From an uncultured Verrucomicrobiae bacterium (GTDB lineage Bacteria > Verrucomicrobiota > Verrucomicrobiia > Chthoniobacterales > JAFAMB01), in contig CAWEXO010000008.1 of the NCBI GenBank assembly GCA_963813025.1, positions 256,001 through 320,000 on the forward strand: DNA of 64,000 bases, read 5' to 3'. Each line of letters starts with the position of its first letter. Within the stretch, counting starts at the first letter, position 1. Shown here in pieces: positions 22,098 through 32,614 of the stretch. The translations under genes were made by a program, and so were the position numbers. A model generated the notes under the pieces. It was not told the DNA's origin. It did no database searches and saw only the letters and a program-made list of their open reading frames with translations.

Positions 22098-22853
22098 TTA
22101 CTTTTGAGAAATGGACTGGCTGAGCCAGTCCTCGAAGCGCGTTGGGCTGAGGCGGGGGTTATCTCCAGGGACGAGGCTCTGATCGTTAACCTCTATGCCG
22201 TAGTAGAGCGCACGGACGTCCGTAATCACCTTGCGTGGGTCGCCTTTTGCGCTCAAGAAACGCCGGACCAATTCATCCATTCGGATCGGTTCGGGACCGG
22301 CTACCTCGACCGTATCGTTTAATGGTTCGGCGATTGCGACATCGGCCAGGGCGGCAGCGAGATCATCCGACACGATGGGCTGCATGAGAGCGGATGGTAA
22401 CCGAACCGTTGCACCTTCGGTGGAGAATTGGGCGATGGCGCCCACGAACTCGAAGAACTGCGTGGCGCGGACGATCGTGAACGGAATCTTTGAGGCCTTG
22501 ATCAGATTTTCCTGGACCATTTTTGCACGGAAATAACCACTCGCCAGTAGGCGATCGGTGCCAACAACTGACAGGGCAACATGGTGCCCAACGCCAGCGG
22601 CACCTTCCGCAGCAAGAAGGTTTCGGCCTGATGTCTCGAAGAAGTCCAATACTGCCGTGTCCTCCCACGAAGGCGAGTTCGCTACGTCAACGACAACCTG
22701 AGCACCTGTAAGCGCTTTGGCTAAGCCCTCACCAGTGATGGTGTTTACGCCAGAAGAAGGTGACGCCGCCACTACCTCATGACCATGCTGCCGAAGGTTG
22801 TTCACGAGCTTTGTGCCGATGAGCCCGCTGCCGCCAATCACGACGATCTTCAT
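22098..22853 (-). CDS. NmrA-like/atypical SDR NAD(P)-binding protein
   Basis: MKIVVIGGSGLIG, HHVALSVVG, YFRAK, RATQFFEF. Confidence 0.88.
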   Translation of the reverse strand: MKIVVIGGSGLIGTKLVNNLRQHGHEVVAASPSSGVNTITGEGLAKALTGAQVVVDVANSPSWEDTAVLDFFETSGRNLLAAEGAAGVGHHVALSVVGTDRLLASGYFRAKMVQENLIKASKIPFTIVRATQFFEFVGAIAQFSTEGATVRLPSALMQPIVSDDLAAALADVAIAEPLNDTVEVAGPEPIRMDELVRRFLSAKGDPRKVITDVRALYYGIEVNDQSLVPGDNPRLSPTRFEDWLSQSISQK

Positions 22854-22968
22854 ATGCTTATTCATATTGCTGGAGCTGAAAGATTTGCTTTTCATAACGG
22901 TAGCAGCATCAGGCAGGTTGTCATTTTTGTTAGCCATCGGCTTTCCATAACAGCTATTCACGAAATGA

Positions 22969-23100
22969 ATGACGGCATTCGATGATCTCTCGCTGCTCCG
23001 TACCTTTGTTTGCATCGTGGAGTGCGGCAGTATTTCTGCCGGGGCGCGCCGCTTGAAAAGCTTGAAAACTCCTCAGCCGACTTTAAGCCGTCATCTGCGC
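22969..23100 (+). pseudogene. LysR HTH 5' fragment, divergent from the SDR gene
   Basis: DLSLLRTFVCIVECGSISAGARRL..QPTLSRHLR, then unrelated sequence. Confidence 0.85.
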
Positions 23101-23327
23101 CTGCGCAGGGTTGGTGAGAAAGTCCGATTCACCACCGACAGACCACGGTTTCCTGTTTAAAACGGTCTTTTGTCGGTCTGAAATACCCGTTTCGAAAAAC
23201 AAAGTTCGATTTATGCGAAGCTGGTGAGTAAAGTGGACCTCTTCAAGCCCGCCTTGAGCTCCCAAAGGGGACGGTGGCTTCGGGAGAACCAGGCCAAGTT
23301 CGCGTAAACGCGAACCCGGTTTGGCGC

Positions 23328-23495
23328 CGGTATCTGGAGTGTTTCTTCGCGGTGCCGATAATGGGCGCGGTGCTCCATACCGTGAACGTCCGCCTTTCGG
23401 CCGACCAAATTCTTTACACGATCAATCACGCCGAGGATGACGTCATTCTGATCAACAATAAGTTCCTTCCACTCCTGCAGCAGATCTGGGATCTG
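23328..23495 (+). pseudogene. Acyl-CoA ligase next piece
   Basis: RYLECFFAVPIMGAVLHTVNVRLSADQILYTINHAED. Confidence 0.85.
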
Positions 23496-23530
23496 GTCAA
23501 CGCTTTCTTCCTTCCACCAGTGAAATAGCC

Positions 23531-24129
23531 ATCAATGGGAATTCGGTTACGATCGAAACCCTAGCCGGGCAAGGCAGCTAGGCCTCTCGACGATTTTCCA
23601 GGAACTTGCGCTGGTCGAAAACCTCACTGTCTTCGAAAACATCTTCCTGGGCAGAGAGATCGTTCGTCCGCTCTTTGGGTTGCCCATACTCGCCAAGAAG
23701 AAAATGCGAGATCGGGTAGTGCAATTGATCGATGAACTTGGTGCCCACATCCCATGGCCGACCTCTCTGATCTCGGACTTGTCCGGTGGTCAACGTCAGG
23801 CTGTGGCTATCGCGCGTGCCACCGATCTGGAGACAAAGTGGGTCATCATGGATGAACCAACAGCTGCACTCGCCGTGATCGAAACTGGTAAGGTACTAAG
23901 ACTGATTAAGCAGCTGCGCGACAACGGCAAAGCTGTGCTGCTTGTCAGCCATAATCTGAACGACGTTTTCGAAGTCGCAGACCGCATCGTAGTGCTGCGC
24001 CGCGGCCGGAAAGTGGCCGACTGCCAGCGGGCGGAGACCGACCTGGAGCAGGTTGTCAGTTGGATTACTGGAGCGAAACCCGGTTCTCAAACCCGGACAG
24101 CCAACTGGAGAAGAAGCCGAAGCCCATAA
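23531..24129 (+). pseudogene. Sugar ABC ATPase lacking the Walker A region
   Basis: FQELALVENLTVFENIFLGRE, LSGGQRQAVAIARA, IMDEPTAAL, VSHNL. Confidence 0.8.
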
Positions 24130-24309
24130 ACATAGCGAGCAGTTGCTCTTTTTGTTCAGTGGAGAGTTGCTAGCGGAATTGGATGATGAAGTCCGAAATT
24201 TGACAGATGGCAACGTCTAACTGCCCACCGGAGTGCCCGCCTGGCCAGAAAGGCTAAAGCTTCTTTTTGATCTGAGATTAGGAATGCGGCGCTCTCTCAG
24301 CGTGCGTAA

Positions 24310-25904
24310 TTACTTAGCAGAGGAGCTATCTGACAGAAGTGACAGTTCTACTACAAAGGTCGCTCCCTGCCCTGAACCGGTGCTGAAGGCACGCAGAGTG
24401 CCGTTGTGCCCTTCTATAGTTGCTTTTGCGATTGCTAAACCAAGACCCAGGCCTCCGAACTCACGGGTTATGGCCTCACTGGCTTGACTGAAAGGAGTAA
24501 AAATTCGTCCAGCGGCTTCCGGTTCAAAACCGATCCCATTGTCTGAAACTTCCACAACGATTCTTTCCTGAGTGCTTCGCGGGTCAAATTCATTACGCGA
24601 TTGCACGCGGATAATTCCTCCGGCAGAACTAAACTTGGACGCATTCTTCAGCAGATTCCAAAAAGCCTGTTGTAACCGGGCGGCGTCTCCGGATATGGCG
24701 TGAGCTGCGGCTTCCAGGCCCTGGTCAAAGCGCTGTTTTTTGGCGCTAAAATCTGGCATTGCTACTTCAATTGCACGGCGTAGAACGTCGTGGAGGTCTA
24801 GCGGCACTCGCGCAAGTTCCAGCTTACCGCGAGCGATACGAGTGACATCGAGCAGTTCGTCGATGAGGCTCACTTCGAGTTTCACGTTGCGGTCAATCAT
24901 CTCGAGGATTTCCTTGGCGCCCGGAGAAAGGTCTTTCTCTCGTGCCAGCATATGGATCCCCATAGCCACTGGGGTCAACGGAGCGCGCAATTCATGGCTC
25001 AGCACGGCTAAAAGATGATCTTTTGCTTGGCTTGCAGCTTCGGCTTCTGAGCGCGCCTTTTCCGTTTCGGCTAACGCGACGCTCAATTCTTCGTAGCTTT
25101 GCTCGAGCGCCAGCTGGGCCTTCCGAGCGGGAGTTTCATCGCGCAAAATCTTGACAAAGCCGACTGCCTCACCTTCGGGCACGGCTCTCATGGACAGCAA
25201 AGAGCCGCTACACCAAAAACGACTGCCGTCTTTCCGCACATGCCAACGCACATCAGCCGCACGGCCTCCGATCAGCGCCTGCGAAGTCTCCTTTAACGGA
25301 GCGCCGGCGGCCCGGTCCTCGGGAGTAAAGATGATGTCACAGAACTCTCCAGTAATTTCTTCTGCCGTATAGCCAAGTAATTGCTGAGCTCCTGAATTCC
25401 AGGACGTTATGCGCCGCTCAAGATCGGTAGAGAAGATGGCGTGCTCACGCGCGTTCTCCACGATTAACCGCAGCTTCTCTTCATTGGTGCGCAGCTGGTT
25501 TTCAAGTCGTTTGCTTTCAGAAGTATCCGCGAAGAGTAAAGCGACTCTTTTAGCGCCCGGACCACCAACGCGCGAGACGAATACATCTAACCAGCGATCG
25601 AGAGTTGGAATTCGCTCCTGAAAGCGGATCGAAATTCCAGTGCGGAGTACCTCAGCATAGCATTCAATCCAGGAAGACTCAACCTCTTGGAACAGCTCAC
25701 GAAAGGTTCTGCGAGGAGGATCGACCTTAGTCATTTCTCGCGCAAAAGCCGGATTGAATTCGGCATTCCGGAAACCCACTACGTCGCCAGCCGAATCCAT
25801 AATCGCCTCTTTGACTACGAACGGCTCGCCAATGGAGTTCAGCAGGTTTGATAGCGCTCTTCACTTCGGCGCCGTGCTTCTTCTAAATGGCCTTCATTGC
25901 CCAT
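24310..25904 (-). CDS. PAS-PAS sensor histidine kinase (true start probably 25904 with a 1-bp frameshift near 25850; track ORF starts at 25800)
   Basis: SWNSGAQQLLGY, RKDGSRFW, LSHELRAPL, NLLKNASKF, DNGIG, GGLGLGL. Confidence 0.9.
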
Positions 25905-26045
25905 AGGTTTTAATGCGAATCCATTGCTAACGGATTACAAGTACGAGATTCAAACAACAGCGGATGGGACTGGCGCGAGTTTCAGTAGCATTAAAGTGCC
26001 AGCAGCGGAAACCGCGCGCGACGGCAGGCGCGATTTAGATGAAAG

Positions 26046-26444
26046 ATGGCCAACGCGGTTCCGCATCGTTTGAAGATCTTCATTGTTGAGAATCATCCTG
26101 ATACTCTGGCCATCATCACCTTGTATCTGAAGCAGATCGGGCACCAGGTACAATCAGCCCACGATATGAGATCAGCGCTGGCAGCCTTACCGCAAGCGGA
26201 CCCAGACGTGTTCATCAGCGACATTGGATTACCGGATGGCAGCGGCTTCGAGCTTCTCAGTCATGCCCACCTTTCACCACGTGTGTATACGGTTGCGATG
26301 AGCGGTTTCGGCATGAGTGCCGATCATGTAAAAAGCAAAGAAGCTGGGTATCGCCAGTTTCTCCTTAAGCCTTTTAATCCGGCGCAGCTAGATGAGATTT
26401 TGGACGAAGCGACTCGTTGGCATTCAGTAGTCCAGATTCCATGA
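26046..26444 (+). CDS. Single-domain response regulator
   Basis: IFIVEN, SDIGLPDGSG, AMSGFG, LLKPF. Confidence 0.88.
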   Translation: MANAVPHRLKIFIVENHPDTLAIITLYLKQIGHQVQSAHDMRSALAALPQADPDVFISDIGLPDGSGFELLSHAHLSPRVYTVAMSGFGMSADHVKSKEAGYRQFLLKPFNPAQLDEILDEATRWHSVVQIP

Positions 26445-26574
26445 TATCGGACTCGGAAAAGGTGTTACGAGTAGGCGATCGAGAATGATGCAGATCTTTT
26501 TTGAAGTTTAACCAGTGCTTCGGACCGTTCCCAAGTTGATATCCATCAAGCTTGGCCATCGCGAGCGCTCTCCC

Positions 26575-26671
26575 CGAGCGAAAATCTCATTCCCTACGCC
26601 TCAACCAAAGCTGCCATCGCCAGCTTCACTCGTTCGCTCGCCAACCACGCCATGGAAAAGGGAGTTCGCGT
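26575..26671 (+). pseudogene. Short internal SDR fragment
   Basis: PSENLIPYASTKAAIASFTRSLANHAMEKGVRV (YxxxK). Confidence 0.7.
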
Positions 26672-26881
26672 GTCCTCGGCTGCAATGTTGCAGATTAGAT
26701 CGTAGAACGGTCGATACTTTTCCTTCCCGCGGAAGTTAAAGGACTGGAACGTGTAATTCATCAGGGTGGACATTTCCCCGAACTTTCCGCCCATCAGCTC
26801 CTGGACGGCAGCCGCAGCAGCGGGATTTGGAGACTCGGGAGTCGGCAGGTCAACAGCGATAAGATCGTACCGTTGGATCAT
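26672..26881 (-). pseudogene. Manganese catalase 5' fragment
   Basis: AAVQELMGGKFGEMSTLMNYTFQSFNFRG..IAAE, truncated before the conserved His. Confidence 0.85.
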
Positions 26882-27114
26882 GGCGCAACTGTTCGAACGA
26901 CATCAATATTAGCAGGGTAAGGAATCTCCCTGAAAGACTATTAAGGAGAAATCAGGCGCTTTCCCGTCCTTCCCGAGAGCTTCACAGCAAATCGGCGCTA
27001 AGATAGATAATTTATCGCCAGAAATGCGCGATACCTGCACGGCCACCACGATTCCGAGGCCCCAAAGCATCAAGAATTTTGATTCGGCAATCTTCGCCTC
27101 AAGACGAGAAACAG

Positions 27115-27241
27115 CAGCGTCGAGCCAACCATGGTGGCCCAGATCAAGTTTACGGAGTGGACGCTTGATGACCAACTTCGGCAGCCCGTGTTTTTAGGAT
27201 TGCGCTCTGACGAACCAGCTAAGGAGGTTTTTCGTCAATAA
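27115..27241 (+). pseudogene. LigD-type ATP-dependent ligase, OB-domain 3' end
   Basis: VEPTMVAQIKFTEWTLDDQLRQPVFLGLRSDEPAKEV. Confidence 0.8.
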
Positions 27242-27851
27242 ATATTTAGACCCTAAGAATGCGTTCGACGCATTGCAGTGGACTTAGCGTACAATCTTTC
27301 CCGGTGAATGTAGTGAGCCGGTATGGGCTCAAAGACGCGGACCAGGCATTAGGGCCGCAATAAAATGAGCTAAGTCACAAGAGATTTCTCCGGGGCCTGC
27401 AACTTCAGCAGGCGGATTTAGAATTCTGCCCTGGCCGCCGTTTGCGCAACGTGTTCCTAATCACACCGTGCTAAGAGCACTTCGGACGGGATGAGGCCGT
27501 CAAACGCCTGCCAAGGCTCTAAAGCGGTTAAGGAGAATTCTCGCCAGCTCCTTCCTCCCGATCCTCGGGAAGATCCCGTGTTTCGCCTTCGACCACTTCG
27601 TCAGACATCCCGCGTCCTCCGGTCTCTTCGGGAACTGGCTCCTCTGGGTCCATGTCCTTTCCGCCCTGGTCGACCGGGCCGTCATTGATCGAGTTCATAA
27701 TGTCCAAAGTTCGACCCCAGGGGTTTTTCCGGACGTGTCGGTGCAGTTATTCGTGCCTGGGAACGCTGCCCGCGAGCCAATAGGAACGTCCCCGTTAGCT
27801 TCAGACCAGCAGGGTCGGCGGGTAGAGTCGTCCGTCAGGAAACGGGTGATG

Positions 27852-28094
27852 TTAACGCGTGCTAGTGGGTCGGGTGGTAACACGCTCGTCACGGCGTCTA
27901 CCCAATAAGCCGGCGAGCCCGATTAGACCAAGCAACCCGATCCACCCATAGCCGTGATGCTCCTCTCGCTGCTCAACGGGAGTGTTTCCCGGAGAGGGAC
28001 TAGCGGTCTGAGCGGACACTCCTAATGGTACGAGTGAGACGCCAGCACAAAGAACTAGTATTGCCGTTTGTTTTCTAATAGTTGCGTACCTCAT
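27852..28094 (-). CDS. Small exported WGxxGxxG-CTERM-like protein
   Basis: Signal peptide ending VSA-QT, short linker, YGWIGLLGLIGLAGLLGRRRD. Confidence 0.75.
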   Translation of the reverse strand: MRYATIRKQTAILVLCAGVSLVPLGVSAQTASPSPGNTPVEQREEHHGYGWIGLLGLIGLAGLLGRRRDERVTTRPTSTR

Positions 28095-28224
28095 TGACGG
28101 TTCATCGTGGCTGCGCTTGCTCACGGATGTATCCTTTCGCTTCCGCCTTTGTAGGCGGGCGAACCCCACTCCCGAAGGAAGCGGCTTCTGAACATGCCGT
28201 GTTTGTACCGTGGTCGCGTTTGCC

Positions 28225-28380
28225 GCGGAGAGCCGTTCATTTCGATGCCGATCACTTGGAAGGAGCTGTCCGGAGCCGTGAAACGCTGAGACGAGAGGCG
28301 GTGAAGCGTACGAAGCGGGTCGGCGATTTGTTTGAGCCAGTGCTCACGCTTCAGCAAATGTTACCCTCACCATTTACAGA
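28225..28380 (+). pseudogene. LigD polymerase-domain 3' fragment
   Basis: EPFISMPITWKEL..RVGDLFEPVLTLQQMLP. Confidence 0.65.
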
Positions 28381-28404
28381 AGCACTCGCTGCCGGACCGC
28401 CGAC

Positions 28405-28706
28405 AGATTGTGGTCGGAGTTTGATGAGACGGGTGGCGCCGTCACTCTTTAAGATGCTCAGTTCGTGATCGAGAAAATCGAAGTGGATTTCAAACGCATA
28501 AAATCCACGCGGAATCAGTGACGTCGTTAGTCCGCGGGAAGTCACGTAAAGCGTGACATCCAGGAATGATTGATCCAAGGGGAGAGCGACAACCGAATCT
28601 TACCGACAATTTGCATCCACATGTGCAACGTCTCCGCCGTTGCTTGCCACTTGCCGAATGGCAATTCTGGCCAGAATTGGGCTCGTTGACTGTCGGAAAG
28701 CATCAT
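28405..28706 (-). pseudogene. DUF5996 family 5' fragment
   Basis: WPELPFGKWQATAETLHMWMQIVGKIRL..VTLYVTSRGLTT..IHFDFLDH. Confidence 0.75.
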
Positions 28707-29413
28707 AAAAAACGATCAGCGGTAACGCCGTCAAAAGGCGAATGGCCCTTCGCAGACACTCTCCGTCACCTTGCGTCGGTCATGGGGAGCTTCCTTGGCC
28801 CAGATTCACAAGGTGGATTCGGGGCTCAAATCGATTACGCCCAAGGAAGCCATCGACGTCGTGCTCTGCTGGTGTCAAAAGTTGAAGATAACGAGAACTA
28901 TTATTAGTTAGTGAGACTAACGTCAGAATAAATTAGAATATTTTTAGTCTGAGCGTTCGAACAATTGGGCGTCGCATCGCGGCCTCGCAGAGAACGCCGT
29001 GTGACTTCAGAGATTATTTTGCGTGATTCCTCGGGAAAGGGTCGGTCAAGAACGCTTTGCTTTTGAAATCGTTCTTTAACTTGTGTGGTTCTCGTCCCAT
29101 CCTGCGTCAATCAGCTAATCGACGTCTTTTTTTGGTCCTGACTTGTAGCTGGACCATGCTTGGGCGCATCAGCGCGGTTTCGCCCGGATAGGGTTCTTGA
29201 AACCGGGTGGCACACACTCACACTGCCGTCCCACCGACCGAGAAGGTGGGGATTCATTTAGGAATTCTGCCGATTGTGACCCGGATTAAGCGCCAGCAGA
29301 ATCAAATCAGATCTCTTTGTTGGACGGTTCAAGTGCGCCGCCATTCAGATTAGTGCACCGGATCCGATACCAGACACCTTGTCGTAGTCGGTCGGGTCAA
29401 GTCCGCCGGCCAC

Positions 29414-30415
29414 TTATGGGCGGCCCGGCTTGGTCACCTCGATAAGGTCTCGGGGGGTTCCCGAGCGGCCGCCGAGCGCCGCCGCGAGCGCCCCGAGCAA
29501 CAGGGCCACTGTAGCGGCAAAGCCGCCCTTGGCTGCGCCTTTGCGCGCGGCGTCGGCTGCCTGCTGGGCTTGAGCCTTCGCCTGGTCGGCTATTTGCTGA
29601 GCCTTTGCTTGCGCTTGCTTGTAAGTTTGTTCAAAACCGTTCACGACCTGCTCGGCGTCCGAATGGCTTTTGCCGGTGCGGCTCATCACGGCGTTGATCA
29701 AAGCCTCGTGGTCAGTGGCACTAACCCCTCCTGGGTTCTGGAAGGCGCGAGTGATCAAACCCATAAGGTCAGCGTTGGAGGCCTGATTTTGCGGGTTTCC
29801 GGCAGCATGCGAGAGTTCGTCGACCTGCCCCTGGATGCCGGATAGGTCCACGCCGCTGTTCTGAAGTGTCTGCTTGGCGGCGTTTACAAGGCCGGGCGCG
29901 GCGCTGGCGGCCCCTTGGCCGGCGGCAGATACCACTGAGGAGATCAGACTGCCCGCACCGCCGATGATCGCACCGAGGCCGCTGGTCAAAAGGTAAAAGC
30001 CCACCAGTGTGGTAAGTCCGAAGGTAACCAACCCATGAAGTATACCGTCCCGCTGATGAGGAAACCCTGCCAGCCGACCAGCCACATGACCTCCGATGAA
30101 AAGGGAAACCAACACGCTCAGCAGTGTGTAGATCGCCGTTCCGATGCCCCAGTTTCCGGCCGATTGGGTGTCATATGGATCGAAGGCGCTGGCGCCCAAA
30201 CCGAATCCAAGCAGGCTGAAGGCGAGCTGGGTGACTAGCGCCATCACGACGCCGGCAAAGATCGCACCCCAGGAGATGCGCTTCGAAACCGCCACGGCTC
30301 CGTACAGGGGTGGTCCGCCTTCAGCGACGTATTCTCGTGGGTTCAAGGGAGTGCTTTCTGCAGAGCCCGGGACCTTGCGGTAGGGATCATCGGTGGTAGC
30401 CATAAATACAGCCAT
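29414..30415 (-). CDS. Membrane protein with RISWGAIFAG motif and Ala/Gln-rich coiled tail
   Basis: 333-aa ORF, several TM segments, strong coding bias. Confidence 0.75.
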   Translation of the reverse strand: MAVFMATTDDPYRKVPGSAESTPLNPREYVAEGGPPLYGAVAVSKRISWGAIFAGVVMALVTQLAFSLLGFGLGASAFDPYDTQSAGNWGIGTAIYTLLSVLVSLFIGGHVAGRLAGFPHQRDGILHGLVTFGLTTLVGFYLLTSGLGAIIGGAGSLISSVVSAAGQGAASAAPGLVNAAKQTLQNSGVDLSGIQGQVDELSHAAGNPQNQASNADLMGLITRAFQNPGGVSATDHEALINAVMSRTGKSHSDAEQVVNGFEQTYKQAQAKAQQIADQAKAQAQQAADAARKGAAKGGFAATVALLLGALAAALGGRSGTPRDLIEVTKPGRP

Positions 30416-30670
30416 GATTCGCGACGGGGATCATCGTTGGTTGTCACAGAATGAGAAAAAAGCCCGGCCTCAATCTCACTGTGATCGAATTGAAGACGTT
30501 TTTTGCTGCGGGAAGCGCAGCAGTGTGATCCGAGTCTGGCCGTCCGGGCTTTTCTGCCGACCGAGAGCTTGGCGAGATCGAGGAAATAGCCGCTTATCGC
30601 AACCTCCTTCATCTCGTCAATGGTAAGCGACTCCCCACGCCTGGGAAACCGAAGAAGGCCAGAGCGACTG

Positions 30671-31049
30671 CACGATGCGCTTGGCACTATCGACATCCTT
30701 GTGAACAATGCCGCTTTCCAGCAGGCCTAGGAAACATTCGAGGACAATTTCCGATGAGGAGTTTGAGGAAACATATCGCGTAAATGTTTTCGGCATATTC
30801 CGACTTTGCAAGGCGATCCTCCCGCAGATGAAAGCGGGCGCATCTATTATTAACACGGGATCGATTCAGTCCTTCGATCCCAGTCCGCCTTTGATCGCCT
30901 ATGCCTCGACCAAGGCGGCTATTGTCAGCTTACCCGGTCGCTTTCTAGCTTTGCGATGAAGCAAGGCGTGCGAGTCAACGCCGTCGCGCCGGGTCCTGTT
31001 TGGACGCCACTGATTCCCTCCACGATGCCCCAGGAGAAGGTGAAGAACT
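30671..31049 (+). pseudogene. Stress-type SDR (YdaD/YghA-like) internal fragment with stop and frameshifts
   Basis: IDILVNNAAFQ, SIINTGS, YASTKAAI, VNAVAPGPVWTPLIP. Confidence 0.8.
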
Positions 31050-31529
31050 CTGTGACCCTGCGAACGACCAGCCCACAGACGAGATCCTTTTTACGCCGCG
31101 AAAGCTCTTCCGCTTTGCGCCTCAACCTCCCAGCTTCAGAGTTCGCGCCTGTTCGCGAATTCTGAACCAACACTGTGGAGCGGCTACGATCCGAAAATCG
31201 AATAAAGTTCTGAAGCGTTGCAGACGCTCTATGCAATTTGACCTGATCGTCCATCGCCCTCTTCGGCACTTTCCGGAATCAGCATGCCAGCCCTAATCTT
31301 GGAGATTGGACGACCCGCCTTTCACCAGTCGCTTAAGTGATCACGGAAACTCAACGAACAAGGCCATGAATGGCGTAAACGCGGCGTATCGCCCTCGAGC
31401 AATTCCGAAGCCGCCTCAGGCGCGCTCTGATTGCGGCAAACATTTGGTTCGTCGTCCTGGCGGCTTCGTCGGAACGTCCGGTTCCAGTTCGCGACACGAA
31501 CTGGTTGAACCTTTAGAAGGAGTAAAAGA

Positions 31530-32546
31530 ATGGGATCTACGACTCATACAATCGAAGTAAATGCACCGTTAAGAGCGGTTTACAATCAGTGGACACAGTT
31601 TGAGGACTTCCCTCATTTTATGGAGGGCGTCCAGGAGGTGCGCCAGGAAGGAGATAAAAACCTGTTCTGGAAGGCCCAAGTTGGCGGTAAAGAAAAGTCC
31701 TGGGAAGCAGAAATTGTCGACCAGGTTCCTGACCAACGGATCGCCTGGGAAAGCACGTCAGGGGCTCCCAATTCAGGAGAAGTCATTTTCGAAGAATTGG
31801 ATGCAGGACGAACACGAGTAACGCTGACGATGGATTACGAACCTGAAGGCATGCTTGAGAAGGCCGGCGATGCGCTCGGCATTCCATCAGGGCGCGTGGA
31901 AGGCGATCTGAAACGCTTTCGCGACTATATCGAATCCAGAGGCGCTGAAACCGGTGGTTGGCGGGGCGAGATCGAAGGCGGTGCCACACCGGGAGTGCCG
32001 CTTGAGCGGGAGCCGCTGACCGAGACTCCTCTTCGAGCTGAGGACAGCCTTGCCACTGAGGATGTCGGTGCGGGCGTCGCTCGATCCCTCGGCCATGAGA
32101 CGACTACAGAAGAAGTGGCGCTCACTGAAGAACAGTTGAAAGTAGGGAAGCGAAACGTTGCTGCCGGCGAGGTCCGCGTGCGAAAAGTGGTCGAAACCGA
32201 ACGAGTCAATGTTCCGGTCGAACTGAAGCGCGAAGATGCCGTGATTGAGCGCATCCCAACTTCCGAGGTAAAAGCCGGAGCGCCATCAAGCTTCCAGGAA
32301 GACGAAATCCGGGTGCCGCTGAGCCGAGAAGAAGTCGTTGTGGAAAAGGAGACTCGGGTGATCGGTGGTGTTCGGGTGCGGAAGACGGAAAAAGTGGAAC
32401 AGCAAAACGTCAGTGATACGGTTCGACGGGAAGACGTTAAGGTAGCCAAAGGTGATGCGAGCGGCGCGCGAGTGCAAGATGACTTGGAAGCGGAAGATCT
32501 TAGAGGCGACAGTAAGCGCCGAACTGACGTCGACAGAGACACATAG
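31530..32546 (+). CDS. SRPBCC (cyclase/dehydrase-like) domain fused to a YsnF/AvaK (DUF2382) domain
   Basis: VYNQWTQFEDFPHFM..DLKRFRDYIE, then EEQLKVGKR..GEVRVRKVV..VPLSREEVVVEKE; AAGGAG RBS. Confidence 0.85.
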   Translation: MGSTTHTIEVNAPLRAVYNQWTQFEDFPHFMEGVQEVRQEGDKNLFWKAQVGGKEKSWEAEIVDQVPDQRIAWESTSGAPNSGEVIFEELDAGRTRVTLTMDYEPEGMLEKAGDALGIPSGRVEGDLKRFRDYIESRGAETGGWRGEIEGGATPGVPLEREPLTETPLRAEDSLATEDVGAGVARSLGHETTTEEVALTEEQLKVGKRNVAAGEVRVRKVVETERVNVPVELKREDAVIERIPTSEVKAGAPSSFQEDEIRVPLSREEVVVEKETRVIGGVRVRKTEKVEQQNVSDTVRREDVKVAKGDASGARVQDDLEAEDLRGDSKRRTDVDRDT

Positions 32547-32614
32547 CAACCTGGAGATTCGAAAGCCAGTTCGCCGGCGGCACGGGAGACGGGACTCACG
32601 ATTGCCGCCGGAAC

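Noticed and set aside
23150..23200. Resolvase res-site-like AT-rich dyads (also near 19550 and 41900)
   Set aside because: Weak resemblance, and no resolvase gene in the window
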